A stretch of 46,467 nt of DNA, from positions 3,419 to 49,885 of the forward strand of contig PDIP01000097.1 in NCBI GenBank assembly GCA_002811645.1, in the 5' to 3' direction. This DNA comes from Corallochytrium limacisporum Hawaii. Lineage: Eukaryota > Protista > Pluriformea. The translations under genes and the position numbers were made by a program. The notes beneath the pieces are model-generated. The model did not search any database and was not told the origin of the DNA. It was given only the letters and a program-made list of their open reading frames with translations. How positions within the stretch are numbered: position 1 is the stretch's first letter; every line of letters starts with the position of its first letter. Positions 30,419-42,164 of the stretch are shown in pieces.

Positions 30419-31543
30419 ATGGCCCCAATGCCTATCCAAGCCCAAGCAGCCCCTGCTCCCGTCGAGCTTGACGAGAAGAAGCAGATGGCTTTTGCTCAAA
30501 AGGTTGGTGGGTCCTTTGCCGGTGCCTCTCTCATCTTCAACATCACCACCGGTTTGGAGACAGGTCTGATCGCTGCAATGAACAAGCTCGAAGGCCCTGC
30601 CACCAGTCAGGAAATCGCAGACCTTGCAGACTGCAACGAACGTTACACCCGCGAGTGGTTGGCAGCTATGACCACTGGCGGCGCTATCGAACGCACCGAG
30701 GACAACAAGTACTTCATGCCAAGAGAACATCAAGAGCTCATCCATTCTGACACCGAAAAGCCCATGAATATGGCCTACCTCGCTCGCATGCTCGCCATGT
30801 TTGGCCGACATGCGCCCAAGGTGTACCCGTACTTCAAGAATGGCGGAGGCCTGCCTTATGCGGAGATTCCCGAATTCCATGAGATCATTCAGAAAATGAA
30901 CGAAGGCCTGGCTTTGCGTATGCCCACATACTTCTTGCCAACCTATGTTCCCCAGATTCACGAACTGCTGACGCGCGGTGGTGATGTGAAGGTCGCAGAC
31001 TGTGGTTGCGGTGCCGGTATGACTACCCTGAACATGGCCCGCAACTACCCCAAGAGCGAGTTTATCGGGCTTGACCTGTGTCCAGATGCCTTGGCCCGTG
31101 CGGAAAAGAACAAGAGTGAGCGTTTCTCCGGCCTGGACAATGTCAAATTCCAGCAGATGGATCTCACCGACATGACTGCTAATGGCGAATACGACTTTAT
31201 GTTTGTGCTTGACGCCGTGCATGATCAACGCAGGCCTGATCTCTTCTTCAAGAATGCTCATCGTGCCCTGAAACCCGGCGGTGTGCTCTTCTTTGTCGAC
31301 ATCAACGCGTCCTCTTTCGTCCAGAACAATATGGAGAATCCGTTCGCGTCCTTCTTCTATACCGCAAGCTGCTACCATTGCATGACTGTGTCTCTTGCGT
31401 ATGGTGGCCAGGGCAATGGAACCTGCATGGGTGTTGAAAAGTACGAGCAATTGTGTCGCGAGGCCGGATTCAACGACATCAAGCAGCACACGGATCCGGC
31501 TGCACCCGTGAACGTGTTCTTTGCTTGCACCAAGGACGCATAA
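30419..31543 (+). CDS. Class I SAM-dependent methyltransferase with N-terminal winged HTH (Rv2258c-like)
   Basis: ATSQEIA..A.CNERYTREWLAAM..GG, VADCGCGAG, FIGLDL, DAVHD, FYTASCYHCMTVSLA..G.G.GTCMG. Confidence 0.9.
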   Translation: MAPMPIQAQAAPAPVELDEKKQMAFAQKVGGSFAGASLIFNITTGLETGLIAAMNKLEGPATSQEIADLADCNERYTREWLAAMTTGGAIERTEDNKYFMPREHQELIHSDTEKPMNMAYLARMLAMFGRHAPKVYPYFKNGGGLPYAEIPEFHEIIQKMNEGLALRMPTYFLPTYVPQIHELLTRGGDVKVADCGCGAGMTTLNMARNYPKSEFIGLDLCPDALARAEKNKSERFSGLDNVKFQQMDLTDMTANGEYDFMFVLDAVHDQRRPDLFFKNAHRALKPGGVLFFVDINASSFVQNNMENPFASFFYTASCYHCMTVSLAYGGQGNGTCMGVEKYEQLCREAGFNDIKQHTDPAAPVNVFFACTKDA

Positions 31544-31801
31544 ACTTATCGAACCACGGGAGATATCATTTATTCCTGATCAAGTTTCAAGTTAATGGGG
31601 TCAAAACCTCAGCTGTTGTGAGAACCCCCGAGTCCAAAATTCAATAACACTGTTCTATTCTAATTAAAAAATCCAACGATTGAGAAACATGTATTTTCTG
31701 GATCTGCATATGCTCTTGGCGAATCATCCTTGTGCGAGCCATCTGCCTACGTCATTACCGATCCCTTTTCATCCAAGGAACTACCATGTATTTCCCAATG
31801 C

Positions 31802-33604
31802 TTAGTCGTCCCAGTCCTCGTCGTCATCATCATCACTGTCATCCGAACTGGAGTCCATGGCCTTATTGCGGACGGCAAGTGCACTCATCAGTGCACTAGC
31901 TAGATCATTGACCTCCTCTTCCTGCGGTTTGATCTTAGCCAACTCCTCGGGATCGACCTTCTTCAGTGCAGACAAACCGCCGGCACCGCGGATGGCTGAC
32001 AACAGATCGTCGCGACCACCACCACTGCTGCCGCCGCCAGCGGACACGGGTCTTCGTTCCTCCGGATCGTGTTCTGTCTTTTTCAGCACGCCAATGCCAG
32101 CGCCTTGAATGGATGCCAGGAGATCTGCACGGCCACCAGCGGGAGAACCAGACCCTGCAGCGCCTGCTGCGGGCATAGGAGGCGGCGGCGGCGCACCACC
32201 TGCTGCGGGCATAGGAGGCGGCGGCGGCGGTGCCCCTGCTGCCGGTGCTGCGGAAGGTGGCGTTTGCTTCTGGGCCTGGGGGGGAGGTGGCGGGGGTGCG
32301 GCAGCAGCGGGTACCGCGGGAGGTGGCGTTTGCTTCTGGGCCTGAGGAGGAGGAGGAGGTGCAGCTGCAGCAAACGATTGTGGTGGAGGTGACGCAGCCG
32401 TCACCGGCATGCGCGAAGCCGGCGGGGGTGGTGGGCCACCGCTCAGTCCTCGCGATGCGGGAAGCGGTGGAGGAGCACCCCGTGGACTCGCACCCGCAGG
32501 CAGCGATGGTGCCGCACGGCCTGGCGGTCCGCGGCTAGGCGGCGGTGGGGGTGCCCGTCCCGGTGGAGGCGGTGGGGCTGCACGAGAGCTCGGCGGCGGT
32601 GGTGCCCGGCCTGCTGCCGGCGGTGGCGGCGGTTTGTAAGCAGACTGTCCTGCGGGTGGAGGCGGTGGTGCTGAAGACATGGGTGCGGGCATACGACCAC
32701 CCGAGGCAGCCGTACTGGCAGCCATCACGGCCGCTGCTCCGCCCATGCTGGCTTCCAAAGACTTTCGCTGCTGTTCCTGTGCCTTTTTCTCCATGTGCTG
32801 TTGCACGAACCGTTCTGCAAATTGACGCGTCTCTGGGTTGTTCATGTCTTCGGCCTTGAGACCAGCCTTGACAAAAACATCCTTCCAGTTCTCTAGACCT
32901 TTCCAGTCGTCTTGGTTGTACTCCCGACCAATGTGCTTGACATGTTGGAAGTTGGAAGGCCCACTGATGTCTCCCGCACTGAGTCCGCCGCCCTTGCCCT
33001 TTTTGTCCTTCTTATCTTTCTTCTTCTTCTTCTTGTCTTTGCCCTTTGACTTGACACTTGACGCACTAGTGCTCAGGTTTTTGTTCACAGTCTTGATCGG
33101 AAGGGAACTGAGGGCAGCTGCACCACCAGCGGCCCGTGCCGCCGTGGGACCACCTCCATTCTTACGGAAAATGGGGAATTCGTTGACATCTCGCCCTTCA
33201 TTGGCTGCGTTGGTAGCCCATTTCTGCACCATGCGCAGCACTGTCTTGCCATAGCGTGACGCCTCCGATTCGTTTAGGAAGGCCAATCCAATGACACAAT
33301 CGTCACTGCTGAATTGATGGAAGAGATTCTCTGTGATTTCATAGTCCATCTCTGGGTATACCTCCTGCTCAAAGACAATCTGTCCCGAGCGCAAATCTGC
33401 AAAACGAATTACAAAACTGCGCAGGGTAAAATCTTTGACCCAACAGAGCACACCTTGTCTTCCCGTGTCCCGGAAGGACGATGCCCCTGGGTTGCATTTG
33501 TACAGCTTGGCAACGGCAGCAAAATAGATTACCTGCTTTCCGGGACGCAGGCGCTGGACCAGCTGCGTGGCCTCCTGATACTGTACATCTGTTAAGTATG
33601 ACAT
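31802..33604 (-). CDS. WASP: Wiskott-Aldrich syndrome family protein (N-WASP-like)
   Basis: WH1 domain, poly-Lys basic region, CRIB (ISGPSNFQHVKHIG), polyproline, two WH2 (R.DLL.SI/AI...LKK), central helix, acidic DEDWDD end. Confidence 0.95.
   Translation of the reverse strand: MSYLTDVQYQEATQLVQRLRPGKQVIYFAAVAKLYKCNPGASSFRDTGRQGVLCWVKDFTLRSFVIRFADLRSGQIVFEQEVYPEMDYEITENLFHQFSSDDCVIGLAFLNESEASRYGKTVLRMVQKWATNAANEGRDVNEFPIFRKNGGGPTAARAAGGAAALSSLPIKTVNKNLSTSASSVKSKGKDKKKKKKDKKDKKGKGGGLSAGDISGPSNFQHVKHIGREYNQDDWKGLENWKDVFVKAGLKAEDMNNPETRQFAERFVQQHMEKKAQEQQRKSLEASMGGAAAVMAASTAASGGRMPAPMSSAPPPPPAGQSAYKPPPPPAAGRAPPPPSSRAAPPPPPGRAPPPPPSRGPPGRAAPSLPAGASPRGAPPPLPASRGLSGGPPPPPASRMPVTAASPPPQSFAAAAPPPPPQAQKQTPPPAVPAAAAPPPPPPQAQKQTPPSAAPAAGAPPPPPPMPAAGGAPPPPPMPAAGAAGSGSPAGGRADLLASIQGAGIGVLKKTEHDPEERRPVSAGGGSSGGGRDDLLSAIRGAGGLSALKKVDPEELAKIKPQEEEVNDLASALMSALAVRNKAMDSSSDDSDDDDDEDWDD
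32162..32345 (-). repeat. Two internal duplications in the WASP polyproline region
   Basis: PPPPPMPAAG twice and AAAAPPPPPPQAQKQTPP twice, near-identical at the DNA level. Confidence 0.85.
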
Positions 33605-35835
33605 TGCGTACGGTTAAACTAGAATCCGTGTGTTTGGCTATTCGAAAAAAAGAAAACAAGCGAGTCTCTTGGGCGATACACGGGACTCTTCTATTTTCCT
33701 GTTTTGTATGATGGGAACAACCCTTGAACGTCTGTTTTACTTACTACGTGCTCATCACTCCATGGTGAAGACTGTTGCTCCACTTTCCTTTGTTCAAACC
33801 CTTAAGGAATATCACTATTAGTCGACTGGTCTCAGTCCAGCGGTCGACCTTGTTGTTTTAGTTGTTATTTGTTTTCCAGTGCGGATACCATAAGGAATTT
33901 GAAGGCCTAAGAAAGGTACTAATGGATCACATGTTTGAAGAACCTGCGCCAATGCTCTCTAATCGTCTGGGAAACTGCATATATTGATGTGCGATAGGTG
34001 GAAGTGTCTATAGGTTTTGTCCCCGGGCGTCGCGGATGCTTGTGCGGCAGTGCTCTCATTCATTCCTGGCTGTGCGGTGCGGTGCTGTCATCGGCGGGGA
34101 GGCCCAGCACTCCCCCAGTCACGCTCTGACATAACACAAACCGCCACAGGCGAGGCAAATGTTCCGGCCCAGCGGGGGGGGCCAAGTCAGACGCAGTGGT
34201 GACAGTACCACCTCAAGCGTGGTGAATTTTTTACCGAACACCCCTCCCCCCCCCCCCGGGGGGTCGCGAAACCACTGTCTCTCTATACCCCCCGTTCGAA
34301 CGCTCGTTCCGCTGTTGCGACCGGTGCCGTTGAAAAGAGAGGCAGCGAGAAACCTCTAAAGGCCCGGGAGGTTACCACCACCAACCCCGGGAGACCAGGG
34401 CGAAGGGGCCTGGGTGGACCAGAAAGAAAACCAAAGCCCTTCGAGTCTCTCTCTCTCTTCCCGTCCCCCGCACCTGACATCCGAAAAAGACAAAACATCG
34501 GTGGCCCCGGGAGAGAGAGAGAGCAGGAGACACAGAGAGACAGACAGAGAGAGCAAAGAAAAATACGAAATGAAAGAAGGAACTTTAAAAAATAAAGGAA
34601 AACGGAGTTTGGCAGGGGCTGGAGGTGGCCTGTGGGCCATGGGCAGTGGTTCGGAAAAAAAAGAAAAGGGAAAAACTAAAAGGGATAACAGGAATGACGA
34701 AAACCACCAGGCCCCAAAAGGCAGAAGTAAAAGAAGCAGGACCAATTCTTCTTTCTTTTTTTTTGTCTCCCGAACGCAACCGGAACAGAGCGAGAGAAAA
34801 AAAAAACAACGGGGAAACACAACGCTGGCCGCCGCCCCCGATTATTCAAAACCAACGAACATTGTGAAAAATCACAAGAAGGAAAAAAGAAAAAATAGAA
34901 AAACAAGAAAAAAAAAACACGGACAGTGTGTGGCTGTGTTTTTGTTCCTTTTGGTGGGCGGTCCCAGGGACAGAAACATCATTTATTACCGATGACCTCA
35001 CCCTCGATTATGAATTAAGTATAATCAGTACTTGTTTCAATTTCTCTTGGCATGACTGTGTGCCAAGAACCTATGTACCGGCATGATTTCAGTGGGAGAC
35101 CGCCTCCCCCCTTCTCCCAGTGCAGTCCGTGCTTTCACTATGGGAAAAGGGGGAGCGGCAGGTTGCTGTCCACCTCCGCTTGCCCCCCTCACTTGCCCCA
35201 ATGCCCAGTGCAACACGCACCCACACACACACACACACCGCCTTCTTCCACGCCTTTGCACTGTTTCAAACTCCTGCCCCCTCTCCCACAACCGTGGCGA
35301 GAGTGGTACAAGAGTCATACCCACCACCGACCTCCCGGTCCCCCTACCCCCCCCACCTGTCCTGTATTCTGCTGCCACGGTAGTGAAAGTACGGACAAGC
35401 TTCACGAGCCAATCACAGGGCACGGATTCACCGCTGGCTTTTCTGGGAGAAAAAGGGGGGTCCCCGGGAAAGGGGCAGGCAGGTGTAGGACAGGAACGTA
35501 CAGCGATGGGGTGGGTCCCGTTTGTGCGTGGATTGCGGGGGGCCCTGGGGGCTCGCCCGGTTATGGTTGATCGGACGTTTCGCCTGTTGCCGGAAACATG
35601 CCGCCTCCAGTGTTCGTTCTCTCGGTGTTTGTACTTTATGATCATGAAACCACTCTACACCACTATAGCGTAGCCAGTGGAGGCCATGATATGAGTTTTT
35701 CTTGTGCATTTTAGGTACTTGGTTGAGTCGTCCATAAGGAGAATACGCATCGCGATGGCACGCAAACGGAGTCCGGGCATTCCCTTGCCCGTGAAAACCT
35801 GTGGGTTTGTATCACACTTCGTTCGGAGAAAAGCC

Positions 35836-36729
35836 ATGAAGAAGATCGGCAAGGGATTGTTCGTTGGAGCTTGGGCCGATGCCGTGGCACTGCGGCGCAC
35901 AAATACCCATGGAGAGACAGACATCACCCACGTGGTCAGCGTGTGCACAGAAGGTGCCGGCTTGGAACTCCCCGACGACGTGCAGCAGATGGTTGTACCC
36001 ATATTCGATGACGAATATGCAGATCTGCTTGGGCATGTCAGCCGCGGAATTACTTTCATGCAGCGGGCTCGCGATCAGGGAGGCAGTGTGCTGATCCATT
36101 GCGTGCAAGGCGTCAGTCGTAGTCCTGCGTTTTGCGCTGCGTATCTGATCGCCAGCAAGAACCTTACGGCTGAACAGGCTGTGGAAACTTTGACACAGAT
36201 AATGCCGGGAGCAGGACCTAACGACGGCTTCCTTCGGCAACTGTCTCTGCTGGCAGAGATGGGCGGCAAGATTGATGACGACAACCCAGCATATCGCGCC
36301 TACAAGGCCGAGCTCATCGCCCGAGAAATGGAAATGGAAGGCATAGTGGATGCCAGTCGGTTTGCCGCGGATCCCAAGGAGATCGGAGTGCCTACCAATC
36401 AATGTTACCGTTGCAAAAAATGTCGTCGACCTCTGTTGCAAAGCATGAACATTCTTAATCACAACTCTAACAATCCCAAAGCCTGCACATCATTCTTTGT
36501 AGAGCCACTGAAGTGGATGAAGATTATGGTCGACGCTGACATGCATGAGAGTCCTGAGCAGGCCATGAGTGGTAAGCTGACGTGTCCTAGTTGTCAGACC
36601 AGGCTAGGTGCCTTCTCGTGGCTTGGAGAGCGGTGCAGTTGCCAGGAGTTTGTTGCACCTTCGTTCCAGATCCACAAGCAGCGGGTCGATGCACCGCCGT
36701 CAGCGCACATTGCCAATCTCCGACGCTAG
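35836..36729 (+). CDS. DUSP12: Dual-specificity phosphatase 12 / Yvh1
   Basis: HCVQGVSRS P-loop, PNDGF..QL, and the C-terminal Zn domain YRCKKCRR...GKLTCP.C..RLG.F.W.G..CSC. Start at gccATG (35836); 35755 is an alternative. Confidence 0.95.
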   Translation: MKKIGKGLFVGAWADAVALRRTNTHGETDITHVVSVCTEGAGLELPDDVQQMVVPIFDDEYADLLGHVSRGITFMQRARDQGGSVLIHCVQGVSRSPAFCAAYLIASKNLTAEQAVETLTQIMPGAGPNDGFLRQLSLLAEMGGKIDDDNPAYRAYKAELIAREMEMEGIVDASRFAADPKEIGVPTNQCYRCKKCRRPLLQSMNILNHNSNNPKACTSFFVEPLKWMKIMVDADMHESPEQAMSGKLTCPSCQTRLGAFSWLGERCSCQEFVAPSFQIHKQRVDAPPSAHIANLRR

Positions 36730-37757
36730 ATTGCCAACTAATCAATCCACGAAAACATCATCCATATCAACACCATTTCATTCATACAAGCATCCTCGTC
36801 ATCCATATGCGTTCATTACATCTATATCTCCTCCCCTGGTCCTTTACGAATGCCGGCTCATCAAACCGCCCTGCCCCAGTGTTCACAAAGCTCTACTGTG
36901 CGCCAAACCCACCCTCCGCCCCCTCCCCCGTTCAGCAGAGGGGTTGGGCAGTGTGGGTTGAGGGTGAGGTGTGGCGTGTGTCAGTATTGCTGCGGCCCTA
37001 TGCTCACACACAGTGATAAAAAAACCCTCCCAGGTCAATGAAACATAGCAAGGAAAGAAAAAAGCCACAGAGCGGAAACGAGAGGAGGGGTCTCTCTCTA
37101 TCCACACCACCGCGGTGGTACACGATGGAGCAGACGGACAAAATGTACCGCACGCGGAGAGTCGAAACGGCTCGGGCTCGGACCCCGTTGAGGACGATGA
37201 AAAAAAAAATATGAAAATGGGAAGAAATGACCAAGAGCGGAGAGGGAGGGGAGGGGGGGGAGCCGATGAATGGAATGCGTACCTGCTGCTCACTCTGCCC
37301 CTCCGCCCGCCTCCCTCCTCCCTTTTTTCCTTTTTTTTTTTTGTTTTGGAAGCGCGGCAAGCAGGCCCCCCGGGGGGAGGCGAGGGCGCATCACCCGCAG
37401 TGGCCGTTCACAAAGTGGGAGGGTAGTCGTGGTGGTGGTGGTGGTAGTGAGTGGACATTGTGGGCATGCGGGGGGTACCCAGGCTTTGTTATTTTGGGGG
37501 GGGGGATGGATGAATGGTAGGTTGATCATGGGGGGGGGGAGTCCGGGTCAACAAAAGAAGAAAATGAAAGGCGAAGTTTGACAAGGGGCCCCAAGAATGA
37601 ATTGGACTGGGTGACACCACAGAGCAAAGGCGAAGCCGGACGTGGCGGGGCAAGAATGACAAAGAGGCGTTTTCCCGGTTCCCCCTCCCGCTTCGGTGTC
37701 CCTTTGTCCTTGCTATGGCAAAAGGCTTTTGCGCTCAACCCCGGTCCCCCCCCCCCA

Positions 37758-37943
37758 NNNNNNNNNNNNNNNNNNNNNNNNNNNNNNNNNNNNNNNNNNN
37801 NNNNNNNNNNNNNNNNNNNNNNNNNNNNNNNNNNNNNNNNNNNNNNNNNNNNNNNNNNNNNNNNNNNNNNNNNNNNNNNNNNNNNNNNNNNNNNNNNNNN
37901 NNNNNNNNNNNNNNNNNNNNNNNNNNNNNNNNNNNNNNNNNNN
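37758..37943. other. Assembly gap (N run) between poly(C) tracts
   Basis: 186 N characters. Confidence 0.99.
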
Positions 37944-38396
37944 CTCTCCTCTTTTCTGTTCCTTCCACCGTCCTCCTCCCTCCCCCCCCCCTTTCCCGCC
38001 GGGGCGCTCCCTCCGGGCCAATCTTCCACACACACACACGCACACACACCCACCATCTGCTCAACCGCACCGCATGAGACCCCCCCCCCCTTCCCCGCTC
38101 ATTCTGCCTGCTGGTTCCACAACCTCGCGCCGAGGCGATGGAGTCGTCGTGGGGAGTGCCTCCGGACAGGAAATGGCTCAGGGAAGAAACGACGAGTGGA
38201 GTTTTGTTGCTATGTGCTCATATGGCACTAATGATTATGTGCGTGTGTATGGGAAAGTGCTTTGAAATGCGCTCGAAATTGGTTTCGCTGCAAAATGCTA
38301 TTTAATCTGCAACATGTCAAGAAGCGGGGGAGCACAGATCCCACGTGTCACGGTTTTTAATGAAATATTTAAATTTTAAATATAGAGACCAAAACC

Positions 38397-40151
38397 ATGG
38401 CGCCTAAGGGTAAGAAGAAAGGCCAGAAGATGGCCCTGACGGATTTCCTAGCTTCGGGAACTTCATGGGCTGACTCGGAACCTGAGCAGAAACAGGCCGC
38501 TGCTGTGGAAGCTGCTGCCAAGATCAATCCCCTCTATTCGCTACCTACCGCACCCAAAGCGGCACGGGCTCTGGAGAACATGCCGTCCGGGCCTCCTTAT
38601 GTTGCATTTGTCGGTAACATTCCCTTTCAATTGGAGGAAGAAAATCTACACCAGTTTTTTGAGAAAAGCCAGATCAAAAATGTGCGCATCCCCACAGACC
38701 GAGAAACTGGTCGCATTAAGGGCGTAGCGTTTGTGGAGTTTGAGGACGTGGAGTCTCTGCGAAACGCTCTACAGCTGGATGGTAATGTGCTGTTGGGACG
38801 CAGTGTCAAGGTGGACCTAGCAGAAGGTGAGCAAACAGACCGCGAAAGGTCACGTGGTGGTGGCATCGGCTCGGATAGTCGGTACTCAGGCAGAGACGAT
38901 GAACGCACCGCTGGAGACTGGCGCTCACAAGGACCTCCTCCTGCACCTGTCGGTGGACGCAGTGGCTACGGCAGTCGTGGATCAATGGGTGACGATGTCC
39001 GTGGTGGTAGTCGTGGATATGGTAGCCGCAGTGGTGGGTTTGGCTCTCGCGATGATGGCTTCGGATCCTCAGGCTCCCTGCGCCAGGAGCGCCCGCGTCT
39101 ACATCTGCAGCCGCGGTCAAAGCCTGTAGAATCCACAGACAACGTCGCTGGTCCTGGAAAGACTGACACTGGCAGTTCTCAGGACCTTTTCGGGGGCGCA
39201 CGTCCGGTTGATACGGCGCAGCGCGAACGTGAGATTGAGGAGCGCCTGGCACGGGAACGCGGATCTGGTGAAGGTGCTGCTGAAGAGGAAGAGAAGAAGC
39301 ATGCTGCTGCCCTCAAGAGCAATCCATTCGGCTCTGCCAAACCAGTCGACACTGCCCAGAAGGAGCGTGAGATAGAGGAGAAGCTGGAGGCTGAGCGCCG
39401 AGAGAGAGCAGAGGCTGCAGAGCGCAAACGAGCCCAGCGCGCATCCCAGCGCGGCCCCGGCGCTGGTGCTGGTGATGAGCCCGCTGAAACAGAGGGTGCC
39501 CCAACTGCAGAGGACGATGAAGATCTTGAGGGTCGCCCCGTGGCCACTGTGAAAATGGGGGGCAATCCGTTCGGTACTGCCAAGCCCGTGGATACCGCTC
39601 AACGCGAGCGTGAGATTGAGGAGAAACTTAAGGCCGATGCGCGCAAGGAGCGTGAGGCCCGTCGTGCCGCACGTGAGACAGCGGAGAAGGAGAAGGAGAA
39701 GGAGAAGGAAGGAGCGGCCGAGAGTGTTTCCAACACAGAGCTCGGTGGTGGCTTCAAGGACTACAAACCTCGCCGTGGATCGAAGGGTGACCGTGAACCA
39801 CGCCGTGGTTCCAAAAATGACTTGCGCCGGAGCGGAGGCAGCGGTACCCGAAGCAACCGTGACCAGCGTCGCACCGGTGAAGGCCCGAATGGTGAGCCCC
39901 GAGCGCCTCGTGAAAAGGTGAAAGACGAGGTTGATGAAGACGGTTTTATCATTCGCCGTGGCAACCGCAGTGGCTTTGCGAAGAAGAACGGTTCGGGTGC
40001 CGTTGCTGCCAGTGGCGCCGGTGGTGGCTCCAGTGAAGGTGCTGACCCTGGTGAAAGCAGCAGTGGGCCTACTCCTCGAGAGGAAGCGAGCCACCTCACC
40101 AGCGCCGGTAAAATCCGCAATTCCTTTGCTGCTCTAGAGGTCGAGGATTGA
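38397..40151 (+). CDS. EIF4B: Translation initiation factor eIF4B
   Basis: KKKGQKMALTDFLA, LPTAPKA, RRM domain, ERPRL.LQPRSKP, and three (NP/DL)FG.A(R/K)PVDTAQ(R/K)EREIEE(R/K)L repeats. Confidence 0.95.
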   Translation: MAPKGKKKGQKMALTDFLASGTSWADSEPEQKQAAAVEAAAKINPLYSLPTAPKAARALENMPSGPPYVAFVGNIPFQLEEENLHQFFEKSQIKNVRIPTDRETGRIKGVAFVEFEDVESLRNALQLDGNVLLGRSVKVDLAEGEQTDRERSRGGGIGSDSRYSGRDDERTAGDWRSQGPPPAPVGGRSGYGSRGSMGDDVRGGSRGYGSRSGGFGSRDDGFGSSGSLRQERPRLHLQPRSKPVESTDNVAGPGKTDTGSSQDLFGGARPVDTAQREREIEERLARERGSGEGAAEEEEKKHAAALKSNPFGSAKPVDTAQKEREIEEKLEAERRERAEAAERKRAQRASQRGPGAGAGDEPAETEGAPTAEDDEDLEGRPVATVKMGGNPFGTAKPVDTAQREREIEEKLKADARKEREARRAARETAEKEKEKEKEGAAESVSNTELGGGFKDYKPRRGSKGDREPRRGSKNDLRRSGGSGTRSNRDQRRTGEGPNGEPRAPREKVKDEVDEDGFIIRRGNRSGFAKKNGSGAVAASGAGGGSSEGADPGESSSGPTPREEASHLTSAGKIRNSFAALEVED

Positions 40152-40781
40152 ATGAGGTTTGGAAGGATCCATCTCAAGACAACGAAAGGAAAACGGGTCG
40201 CATCGTGAGGCCTATGAATGTCACGCTGTGTCCTCGACGTTTGTGGCCCCTTTACCTGTCCTTAGGCCGTATTCTGTTTCACAATTTCGCAGGGAAGCTC
40301 ATATCTTTGTTGCTATTGAACATGCATCGTAGTTATCTCATTCGTCATCATCATTCACTTCGCGTACAGGAAATCTTACAGTACTATATATTCAAATGAG
40401 CAACCTCCCAAGTTTGTTGAAGAATTGGATAAAATATCTAAATTACAAATAAATCATCGTCCATGACATGATAAAAGTTTCTACCTATACAAAGTGCATG
40501 GCATGCACAACAACCTCACATGATTTATTAGGCGGCGAAATAAGTACGGTATGTAATGCTTTATACGTTGGTTGATTGCTGTTGGTATATCTGCGCTCTC
40601 TCCGTTCGGTGTCTTGTGTTGAGATATCCTAGAGTAAAGACTACACGTTCGTGAATCTTCAGGATGACACGAGTGTTCCTTTCATGCGAATGACATATTA
40701 TATTCCGCGTTGAAACCCCCAGAACGGACAGTACTACACCTTCACTAGACCGTTTCAACCCATGAGGACAGTGAAGTTCAA

Positions 40782-41246
<465 letters not shown>

Positions 41247-41826
41247 CTAAAATATTAATCAAAAATGAAAGAAATGTGTGTGTGTGTCCGAGGTATGATA
41301 CACAATGAAAGATGGTAGAGTTCTACTCGTTTAAGACCAGCACAACGTAAACGCTACGATCTATAGATGCACTGAAATGCTATTGCTTTGCTTCCAAGAC
41401 CACAAAGTTGAAAGCAAAATTGCTTTTTTACCGAGCAAACAATGCTTTGTAAAATGAAAATGGATTGAGTCAGCGTGGCGTCACAGTTCTTGTGCAGATA
41501 ACAGATGTGCCTCATATAGCTTCTCCTACTTAAGATGCAGTCTTTATTCTCCACCATCAATACCGCACGTGAATATCTCACCATGGAAGGCATTCGCACC
41601 CAAATTCTTGACCGAGGGAAGCGGCACAAAAGATCAAGACTAAAGTGGCACATCACGCTTTGCTCGCCGTTGCCGTCCGTCTGGCCGACCCCAGGGGCCA
41701 CTCGGCCGAAGCACACTGTCAGCACAACAGTACTCTTTAGCCACAGGCAGATAAAAAAAGTGATATGTGTGTGTGAGGGTAGTATGGTGTGCGTGTGTGC
41801 GGTGCGGTGCGGTGTGTGTTGGTTGG

Positions 41827-41828
<2 letters not shown>

Positions 41829-41869
<41 letters not shown>

Positions 41870-42121
41870 TCTCCACACAGAGAGAGAGAGAGAGAGTTTG
41901 CGCTCAGCTGGCCTTTACTTTCCTTTTGTTTTTTTTTCTTTTTGGCCAGACTGCCCCGTGTGTGAGACCTATTCGGGAGCACAAGTAAACCAGAGATGTG
42001 ACTTGGTGAAGGTGGTAGGGAGAAGGTTGATTGATTGCGGGGGAGTGGGGGGTGGCTCACGAATGTTTTGGCCGTGCGTTGTTCATAAAAATATACGCCT
42101 GCTGACCCTGGTGCGGAAAGC

Positions 42122-42157
<36 letters not shown>
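41829..42157. repeat. Microsatellite cluster: (GT)19, (AG)9, (GA)17
   Basis: 41829-41866, 41879-41896 and 42124-42157. Confidence 0.95.

Positions 42158-42164
<7 letters not shown>

Noticed and set aside
30302-31489. 395-aa antisense ORF (also 11846-12850, 25749-26582, 39117-40094)
   Set aside because: Shadow ORFs opposite well-supported, codon-biased genes.
34356-35700. ORFs of 100-285 aa in low-complexity intergenic DNA (also 36880-38270, 41354-43560, 45769-46263)
   Set aside because: Products of homopolymers, microsatellites or the N gap, with no protein-like composition.
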